A DNA stretch of 64,000 nucleotides from Octopus sinensis (lineage: Eukaryota), in NCBI RefSeq assembly GCF_006345805.1, contig NC_043012.1, positions 496,001-560,000 on the forward strand. Direction: 5' to 3'. Below the pieces are notes generated by a model that was not told where the DNA came from, made no database searches, and saw only the letters and a list, made by a program, of their open reading frames with translations. Below, one piece after another: positions 54,697 to 64,000 of this stretch. Each line of letters begins with the position of its first letter. Position 1 is the first letter of the stretch. The position numbers were made by a program, and so were the translations under genes.

Positions 54697-55083
54697 CTAG
54701 CAGTATCGCCCGGCGTTGCTCGGATTTGTAAGGGAAATAACTATAAAGCATTTTAGAGAGTTATAGCCAAAAAAATAGCAAAAAATGCATTAAAAATGGA
54801 AAAATTATGATGGTAAATTTTTTTTTAAATCGTTGACTCATCGTAGACATTTTTAGAGAGTTACTTCCCTTCAAAAAATATGCATTAAAATGGAAAAAAT
54901 GATGGTAATTTTTTTTTTAAATCGTAGACTCATCGTAGACGCGCGCTAATACCCAGAAGGGCTCGATATGAATCGCGACTATAAGATACCCGGTTTTGGT
55001 TAAACTGCACCGCAAAATGTGGGAGTAGTTAGGAATCTAAATCGGAGTAGACAGACACACAACCTTACTTTTATATATAAAGA
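54697..55083 (-). mobile_element. Non-autonomous Helitron
   Basis: Minus strand: A|TCTTTATATATAAAAG...CCCGAGCAACGCCGGG hairpin-CGATACTG-CTAG|T. Confidence 0.85.
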
Positions 55084-55415
55084 TTTATACCGTATCGTGA
55101 CATCTTTCCGTTGAACTGATAGGACATAGCGTTTTCACCAATAAAGTTAGATACATTTTCAGACCAGTTCATAGCTGACATCATATTTCTGTTCCTGCGT
55201 TTACGTTTGTGTAGTACAAATTCCTGCTCTTAACCCTTGAAACAACTGTAGGAAAATATGCGGTGCAACTATAACTAACCTGCACTGTATTTTTATTAAA
55301 GTTTTTTATATCTTGTGTTCTAGGGAACTCTGAAAATGTTATATAACAAATGATATTTAATATAAAATGCCATAAAAATGATTTCTCTTTCCAAATTTCT
55401 ATTTTTATTTCTAAA

Positions 55416-55718
55416 CTAGCAGTATCGCCCGGCGTTGCTCGGGTTTGTAAGGGAAATAACTATATAAGCATTTTAGGGAGTTACTTCCCTTATATAATAG
55501 CAAAAAAATGCATTAAGAATGGGAAAAAAATGATGGTAAATTTTTTTTTAAATCGTAGACTCATCATAGACGCGCGCTAATACCCAGGAGGGCTCGATAT
55601 GAATGACGACTATATGATACCCGCCTTTGGTTAAACTGCACCGCAAAATGTGGGAGTAGTTAGGAATCTAAATTGTAGGAGACAGACACTCACACAACTT
55701 CACTTTTATATATAAAGA
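55416..55718 (-). mobile_element. Non-autonomous Helitron, same family, shorter
   Basis: Same 5' TC terminus and hairpin-CTAG 3' terminus. Lacks one internal repeat block. Confidence 0.85.
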
Positions 55719-56267
55719 CTAGCAGCATAGCCCGGCATTGCCCGGGTATGTAGGAGCCCCTAGTAGGCAACGACTAATCTCAATCTAGTCCTTTCCTTCT
55801 AGGGAACGAAGGCGCATGTGTAAGTTGCAATGTCTTCTGTGTATACGATGTTCCTAGCTGTCCCTTTGGGCGAAAACGCGATTTCCCAAAATGGCATGAT
55901 TTTATCGATTTTTTCTGATGGTAAGGTATTGCATGGAAAACTAACGTCAGAATTAAGTTTCTTAGGGTAACATTAAGCTTCACCATGAGTTTGGTGAAAA
56001 TCGATTGCAAGTTGCGAAAACTACAACAGAAAATGTATTGCATATAAAAAGCTGAGATTCTCGACCCCATGTCGAATTTATCGACTTTTTTTAAAAACTG
56101 GGGGAACTTTTCAAAATTTTCGCTGCGTTAGTTTTGAATTATGACATTGGGCTATGTGTGTGTCAAGTTTCATCAGAATCGGTTGAAAGCCGTGGTCAGG
56201 GTGAGGGTACAACCTGACAGACACACAGACACACAGACAGACAAACTGCCGTTTATATATAGAGAGA
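55719..56267 (-). mobile_element. Non-autonomous Helitron, second family, abutting the previous element
   Basis: Minus strand: A|TCTCTCTATATATAAAC..(GTCT)n..CCCGGGCAATGCCGGG hairpin-CTATGCTG-CTAG, followed immediately by the TC of 55416-55718. Confidence 0.82.
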
Positions 56268-56645
56268 TATATATATTTCTGAATTTATGCAAATAAAATT
56301 TATATTGAGATTCTCTTACATGATCAAGGAAGAATAAAAAAACACGGAGCTACAATAGCAAGTAATCTCACTGTTATAATAATTATTCATTACTCTCGTC
56401 TTAATTACGCAGTTATTTATTGTAAATGAATGTAGGCATATGTATATGCGAGTGTTTTTGTCTACATATATTTATGCATATATGTATATATAAATGTATT
56501 TTGGTATGTACACATGTATGTGCGAAGGTGTGACTGCATATGCATCAAAAATATGTTCACATTGAGATCTATGCACATGTATGTGTAGGTAATATGTGTG
56601 CGAGAGAGGGTGTGTGCATGCATCCATCTATCCATCATCTATCGC

Positions 56646-56721
<76 letters not shown>

Positions 56722-56973
56722 CATATCTATCTATCTACATGTCTATCTATCTATCACAATGGACGGACGCTAGTCATATCGGCTCCAAGTAAGTTGGCCA
56801 CTTTTACATGTTTAAAACTCCTTGTTGTCAAATATTTTGTTTTAATCGTTGTGCAAATTCATTCACTAAAAAACCTGAGAATTATTCACGTAGAATTCCG
56901 CCCCTGTATGGGCGAAATTACAAAAAAACTTTCAAAACTTTCGTGGGTTTTTTAGCCATTTTTCATTTTAAAA

Positions 56974-58988
56974 ATGGCAACTAGAAACCACGTGCCTAGC
57001 CCGCCAGTCATGCAGAACGGTAGCAAAACACTATTGCTACCACTAGCTGCTAAACATCGCAGCGTGAACACCGCTGTCACCACCATCACCACCACCAACA
57101 ACAACAACAACAAATCTAACGTCGCATTCACCATCGCCGCGACCAAAGACATTAACTTAGATTTCCCCTCACTCCCCACACCACTTGTTGATGATAAAGG
57201 GACAGAGAAAGGGATTTCAAAAATGAATACAAACGAAAACATGAATGCCAGCACCACCACCATCACCACCAACAACAACAACAACGAAATTGGCACAAAG
57301 CCGCCTACCAAAGACAACACCGCCAACACCAACACCAACACCACTACTACGACGTCAAATGCTACATCCAAGCCTTCTGCTGCTAATACCGCCAACACCA
57401 ACACCACTACCATGACTTCAATTAACACTGCCACAATTAACACTTCTACTGCCAAATTCAAAACGAATTTTGCGGACGTAACAAAACAAAAAAGAACAAT
57501 TGTAACATTCACCACACAAGAGATAAACCGCACAAAGGCACTCTTCTCCAAAGAAGGAGACAATTGCACCTTCATATTCCACAACACATCGTGGAAAACA
57601 CGCAAAAAAAAACAATAATTTATAAAGTAATAAACAAAAAAACAAGAAGAACAGAAAATGCACCGCAGGAAAAAATCGATAAATGCCTTCGTCCTGTATG
57701 GGACTCCAAGGAATATATCAGTTGGGGAAACAAATTTGGTACAGTCCAAGTACGTTTCCTCAACGAAAGTTTAGCAAAACGTTTTTCCACATTGGAGCTA
57801 CATTCGGACGACTTGGTAATGATACCAGTCTATTTAAACAAAAGGGTCACGAAAGTCCAAATAAAAAACATACCATTTGATGTCGAAACACAATGGGTGG
57901 TCTCTGCCATCTGCTTTGAAATGTCAGAGACAATGTCAGAGACAAACATCCTGGAAATCGCGGTTCTAGGAGAGAAAGACTATGTGGGCAAATCAATCGA
58001 ATTCCTGCTTCAATTGGATGAAGCAGCAAGAGAGAAGATACCCACCGCTATAGAACTGCCAGGAGGCTACAAACTCTATATAGTGGTAGAGGGCAGGCGA
58101 CCACGCTGCTATTTGTGTGGAAGCGAAACACACTTGAAAAAGACGTGCCCAACCACTGCACACCAAGAGCAACAACAAAACCACTACACCACACCAAAGC
58201 ACTCCGGAAAAAGCTCTATACCCCCACACCACCATCAACACAGAAGACGACAAGAGAAACACACCAAGCTAATCCGTCATCAACCAAAAACCACTCGACA
58301 CCTGGAAAAATACCAACACTACCATCAACAGCAAAACCCAAAGGAACAGAAAAACAAAGAAAACACACACAAACTGATCCCCCATCCCTTATACCGCACT
58401 CAACACACACAAACACTCAACAACCAACAACAACGAAAACAACAACACAACCACTTACACAGACATACATAGAAGCCCACAACATACCCCTACCCCTACC
58501 CCCTTCTGATTCCTCAGAAATTTCGTCGGAAGACGAAACCAGTGAGGAATGGCAAATAGCTACAAAAGAAGGAAAATAAAGAGCAGAAACACAACCAAAC
58601 CAAATGCAAACACGAACAAAGCAGGGGAAATACATCTCCCGAAGACATTTCAAAACCCAACGCAAACAACAGCCACACCAACACCACAAAAACATATACA
58701 GCAAACATGCTCACAGCCATAGACACCAAAAACACAAATTTGATGGAATACATCCAATCAAAAACAAACATAACAGAAGATGACATAAAAACAAACAACC
58801 ACCCATACACAACACCACCAGACCACATCAAAAAAAAAATACACATCTCCAAAAGTCTGCACCACACACTCAAAGGCATTTTCCCCAGTGCGGTTGGTAA
58901 ATGCCAAAAATATCTCACAAAGAAACTGTACTGGGATCTTCTCGAGGACAAACCAACGGAGGAGAAAGCAAAAACTTTCGAGCAGTAA
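56974..58988 (+). pseudogene. LINE ORF1 (Thr/Asn-rich N-terminus, probable RRM-like core, CCHC zinc knuckle), frameshifted
   Basis: Overlapping + ORFs 56974-57618, 57564-58472 (contains RPRCYLCGSETHLKKTCP = C-x2-C-x4-H-x4-C), 58115-58579 and 58707-58988, joined by frameshifts. Confidence 0.8.
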
Positions 58989-59019
58989 GTAACCCTCTGT
59001 ATTCTAATTCATTAGAACT

Positions 59020-62000
59020 ATGATCAAGATTGGTTGTGTAAATGCGCGTGGCTTGGGGTCCCCTTGGAAACAAGGGTACCTCTTAAATGATGATAAAGTC
59101 ACATAAGTTAGAAATCATAGCCATAAGCGAGACCAGACTCCACAATCCGCGGGCCCTAAAGACCATGTTTGGCGGACAGTTCAACATTTATTTTTCCCCC
59201 TGTCTGCCGAGAATGGGCGGTAGTGGCACCGCGGTACTTTTTCACAAGAGTCTGGATCTCAATGTAAGGACAATATTCGTAGACCCGGAGGGTAGACTGG
59301 TCGTCCTGGATGTCGACGGCAGCAATGGGTGCGCTTTTCGGCTCGTATCAGTTTACGCACCGCCCTTAACAGGTCGGGCGGATTTCTTTCAACGTCTAGA
59401 AGTTTTCTTGGGAACGTCTCGTCCTTTACTCTTAGTGGGGATGGAATGCTACCTTGGACACGCATGTAGACTACGTGGGTAGAGATAGGAATAGACGGGG
59501 ATGCAAATGCCTCAGAGACCTGCTCAGACGCTTTCAACTGTCTGACAGGTTCGACTAGACCACCCGAATGCGCCAACGTGACATGGAGCAACCGCATCGG
59601 GTCGTCGAGATCGTATCTAGATAGGATACTGTGTAGGACAGTAGATAGAGATAGCATAGGATGTCCACAATTCCACATAGTCAGCTACACGGATCACAAA
59701 CTTGTGACATGTACGCTAGACTTAGGTAAGACACTTAGCAGGGTCCCGGATACTGGAAACTAAACGCGTCTTTCCCATCGAGACAAGTTTTCAGAGACCG
59801 GATTAGCACACTAGTAAAGAGGGCTTTGACGGGAGCCATCATCAACAACAAATGGTGGTTTGCCCTCAAGAGAGCAGTAAAAGCAGAAGCGACTAGGTAC
59901 AGCAAAGCACTAGCCATAGATAGAAATAGAGTAGAGGGTGAGCTAGTTAAGAAGCTAGAAGAGGCAATTAGAAGCGGCATCGCATCCGACGTTTTGGCGG
60001 CGAGGTTGGCCCTCGACCAACACTTCAACGCCAAACACGAAGGATGTGCTGTCAGAGCTAGGATGCGTGCTCTAGGAACGAAGGTGTTGGAGCCGCGAGA
60101 GAGGCCCGGTGGCAGAGGCGCAACAGGGCAACAAAGCCACCATTCGGTCACTGGTAGATGAACAGGGGCGCGAATTGCTCGAGCCAAGTAAAATGTGTGA
60201 GGCCTTTCAGCAGCAGCATTTTGCCCGACTGTTCGGAACGAGTGGAGGGCAAGAACGTAGGGTGGACTTCAGTGCCTACCTACATAGCTACCACGACTCT
60301 CGACAAGAAAGGCAGGGTGCTGCGAAGGTGCCATCACGGCGGCGGAAGTGCGGGAAGCGATGGCAGAATGCTCGAGGGACAAATCACCGGTTGGATGGAG
60401 GTACCCTACGAGCTTTACAATTGTATGCCAGACTTGTTTGGAGATCTCTTGGCGGCGGTGTACTGCAACTGGCAGCAAAACGGGAGCATTCCGGTTTTGT
60501 GAGCCGAGGAGCCGTAACACTGCTGAAGAAAGATCTAAACAAGGGAAATGTAATAGATAACTTTAGGCCCATCACTCTGCTTAATGCAGACTTGAAAATT
60601 TTGGCCAAGGTGCTAGCCAAGAGGTTGGCGCTTGTCATCGAGAAACTGGTCGACAAGGCGCAAACATGCGCCGTGCCAGGCCGGACCATCCATGACAACC
60701 TCCATCTGATGCGCTACATCATAGACAGGGTAGTTAACGAACCTGGCATGGGTGGGGCCCTGATCAACTTGGATCAATCAAAAGCCTTTGATAGGTAGAC
60801 CATCGATACTTGGAGGCAGTCCTGAGAGCGGCTGGTTTCGGTCCCGTCTTCCGCGGCTGGATAGCTGCCTTGTACAGAGGCATCCGTTCGGTAATTCGCG
60901 TAAATGGACATCTATCGAGACCTTTCGACATTGCACGTTCGGTCCGTCAGGGATGCCCCCTCTCGGCGCTTCTATACGTATTGACTCTTGAGCCACTACT
61001 GCGGAAGCTGGCGACTCTAAGGGGCATCCCGCGAGAATTGGGATGCGGGACGAGCGTGTCTGCATACGCGGACGACGTCACCGTCATAGTGTCTAGCCAC
61101 GAGCACATCGAGCTGGTCGGCGAGACACTGAAAAACTACGAAGCGGTGACAGGAGCGAAAATCAACCGGGAAAAGTCAGTGGGCTTGCGACTAGGCACCT
61201 GGAGAAGCAAGCCCATGCCGTCCACCAGCGCTCCGTCGTGGGACGCTGGACCGACGGCCCGGTTGAGTTGCTCGGGGTCTGGTTTGGTCCGGACCTCCAA
61301 GTGGAGAAGAACTGGAACGAGATAACGAGTAGGGTGGTCACTCTCGCCCGGCAATGGGCCGAGAGGAAACTGTCCCTAAAAGGTCGAGCGGAGGTGGCGA
61401 ACACGTACATCGCGTCCGTCATCTACTACTACCGCCTGACCGTCGTACCTGTCCCGACCCTACCATCACCAAACACCAAACTACAACGCATCCTCTTTCG
61501 CTTCTTGTGGAAAGGATGCGTCCCGATGGTCAGGCGATCCATTTGCTGTCAACACCCGTTAAAAGGAGGGCTGGGCATGCCGTGGTTGATGATGCGCAGA
61601 CACGCGCTGAGACTGCGACATCTCTGGCTCTATGTAGACGACGGTGAACAGGTGTGGTCGCCGTTTGTGAGGCACGCTTTCCCGCAGCTCGTCTCCATGA
61701 CCGAACTGCAGTCGTGGATCAAAAAGAGGCCGAGGAAGGGCGAATGGCACCGCGAGTGTCGCGTTGCTCTCAAGCAACTCTGCCGTCCTGGGTCGACCTT
61801 AAGTGACTTCAACACAACCAAAGCATTCTATAGGGGTTTAGTGGAGGGGAGGTACGACGACGAGCTCGGGGCGAACCGGACGTCGACGAGGAGTACCTGA
61901 CCCGCCTGTTCGGGACGACTTTCGGGCCAGGGCCCATGGACAACTTCCAGAGATCCCTGGCCTGGCAGTGCTACCGAAAGCGCTACCCGTCGGGATAAGC

Positions 62001-62452
62001 TCTACAGACACGGCTCGAGAAACACGGCGGCCGACCTGCCCGAGATGCGGTCAGAGCGACGAAACCGTTCTGCACGCACTCGTTCAGTGTCCAACAATTT
62101 CCGACCTGTGGGCTTATGTCGAACAACTGCTGTCACGTGTGGGACGAGTCGGTTTATCAGCTGAGTCTATCGTCAATATTGTCACGCCTCCTTCCTTCAA
62201 ACGGGAAGGAAGAGCTATTTATCATCCTTGTGGCTATGGCGAAGGAATGTATCTGGTGGACGCGTCTGAAAGGATTGGAGACAAACACTTTCCTCTCGGT
62301 CAATCTCTCATCAACTTCTTCAAGTACCACTTGAAAAGGAAAGTGAGAGTAGAGAGGCAAGTTTTGTCTAGCGAATGTTTTAAAAAAGATGGGTGAATGT
62401 AGCAAGAATGGCACGTATGAATGACGAAGCCACCTTGAGCATAGTCCTATGA
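59020..62452 (+). pseudogene. LINE ORF2: AP endonuclease + reverse transcriptase + C-terminal zinc finger, frameshifted
   Basis: ATG at 59020 (MIKIGCVNARGL). APE motifs IAISETR, SVYAP, SYLDRIL, YTDHKLV. RT motifs NFRPITLLNADLKILAKVLAKRL, LDQSKAFDR, VRQGCPLSALLY, AYADDV. Zn finger TCPRCGQSDETVLHALVQCP. TGA at 62450-62452. Several small frameshifts. Confidence 0.93.
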
Positions 62453-62881
62453 ACCCAGAAATCGAAAACAGAGAGTTGCTTATTTGCAAAAAAAAAAAAA
62501 AAAAAAAGAAATATAAAATGTGACTTCATTGACCGAGGTTACCGTGGTCTTTTCCGCAGGCTTTTCTTTCCACGGGTAAACCTCCTGTCCTCCCCTTTAC
62601 ACTTCATATTGACATTTCTGTGATAACGATCCCTATTGATCATTTTTTTTTTCCTCTCCCCCCCCCCCTTTTTTTTTTTTTTTTACCCCCCTTATTTTGT
62701 CCTCTTTTCTCTTTTACGATCCCTTTTGATCGAACCTCCCCCTTCCTTTTTTTTTTTTTTTTTTTTTAATATACCTTCAAAAGAAAAGCTCTACCTTGTA
62801 ATTTGTTCTATCTGTGTGCAGCCCTGTGTGGCTAATAAAGAAACATATCTATCTATCTATCCATCCATCCATCCATCTATA

Positions 62882-62931
<50 letters not shown>

Positions 62932-62933
62932 CA

Positions 62934-62991
<58 letters not shown>

Positions 62992-63060
62992 CTTATCTAT
63001 TTATCTATCTATCCATCCATCCATCCATCTATATATCTATGTATCTATCTATCTATCTAT

Positions 63061-63255
63061 TATTCTTTTTATTCTTTTTATTTTATTCAATTTTTTTTTT
63101 GTTCTTCTCTTCCCTTTTACGATCCCTCTTGATCGAAAACCTACGCCACCCCCTTTTTTTTCTTTTGTTTTTTGTTCTCTTCATCCCCCAAAAGAAAAGC
63201 TCTACCTTGTAACTTGTCCCATCTGTGTGCAGCCCTGTGTGGCCAATAAAGAAAC
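63061..63255 (+). mobile_element. Third, heavily 5'-truncated copy of the Tx1-like LINE 3' end
   Basis: Repeats TTTTACGATCCC..AAAAGCTCTACCTTGTAA..GCAGCCCTGTGTGGCCAATAAAGAAAC. Flanked by (TATC)n on both sides. Confidence 0.85.
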
Positions 63256-63492
63256 TTATCTATCTATCCATCCATCTATCTATCTATCTATCTATCTATT
63301 TGCATGCACATGTCTGTGTGTGTGCATGAGTGTGTGTGAGTATGCATGAGTGTGTGTGTGCACGAATGTGTGTGTGTGTTTGTTTATATGTATATAAGTA
63401 TATATATAGATATATACATATATGCAAATATCTTTGTGTATATATGTGTGTTCACGATTTTTTTTATTTTGTGCTATATGTACTACTAGTAA

Positions 63493-63534
<42 letters not shown>

Positions 63535-64000
63535 CAGTAGTTGTTGTTGTTGTTGACAAGGAGGAGGAGGAGGAGGAGGATGTAGGAGCCGGTGGAGGAG
63601 GAGGAGTATAGCGTTGAATGATCCGGATTTTGTTGGATATAATTTGTATTTTAACCATTTTTTGCTGAAATATTCAGTCTATGCGGGGGCCTTTCAAGTT
63701 ATATGACTTTACCATCAATTCTTAGATTCTGCCCTTTATTTCTCTACCAGCACCGCCACCGCCACCACCTTCTAATGTTGAATCAATTTGCCCGCTTCTG
63801 TCCCTTCTTTCACTTGATTTTCATTCTTTCTCTTTCTCTCTCTCTCCCCCTCTCTCTGTATATATATATATATCTATATATATATCTATATCTATCTATA
63901 TATATATATGTATACACACACACACACACATAATAAGAGAGACAGCGAGAAGTAAGAGAGACGTATGCAAAAATATGAACACAAATATATATTTTATATA

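Larger units (their letters stand above)
56756..62845 (+). mobile_element. Structurally full-length Tx1/L1-clade non-LTR retrotransposon embedded in (TATC)n
   Basis: Starts right after (TATC)n ending at 56755. Contains a 5'UTR, ORF1 (56974-58988), ORF2 (59020-62452) and a 3'UTR with AATAAA (62834-62839) ending GGCTAATAAAGAAACA, which runs directly into (TATC)n. Confidence 0.92.

Overview
AT-rich, microsatellite-saturated animal DNA with no recognisable host protein-coding gene. It looks intergenic or deep-intronic. The SINE families and repeat density suggest an octopus/coleoid cephalopod, which is my inference and unverified. Almost all ORFs in the supplied track are microsatellite artefacts. 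Supportable content: (1) a structurally full-length but frameshifted Tx1/L1-clade LINE (56756-62845; ORF1 with CCHC knuckle, ORF2 APE-RT-zinc finger) whose three family copies all sit in (TATC)n arrays; (2) remnants of an R4/Dong-type RLE retrotransposon in (TAA)n, an RTE LINE with a 14-bp TSD, and mariner, Tc1 and possibly Merlin transposases; (3) four tRNA-headed SINE families and a headless ~550-bp element that occurs only in (TAA)n; (4) non-autonomous Helitrons, two stacked head-to-tail, and MITEs; (5) about ten hammerhead-ribozyme-like motifs on short Penelope-type units beside (TA)n tracts, with different but mostly palindromic stem III sequences, one with an intact catalytic core; (6) a ~1-kb tandem duplication, several long palindromes and a 100-N gap. 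All calls were made by eye without database searches, and boundaries of degenerate repeats are approximate.
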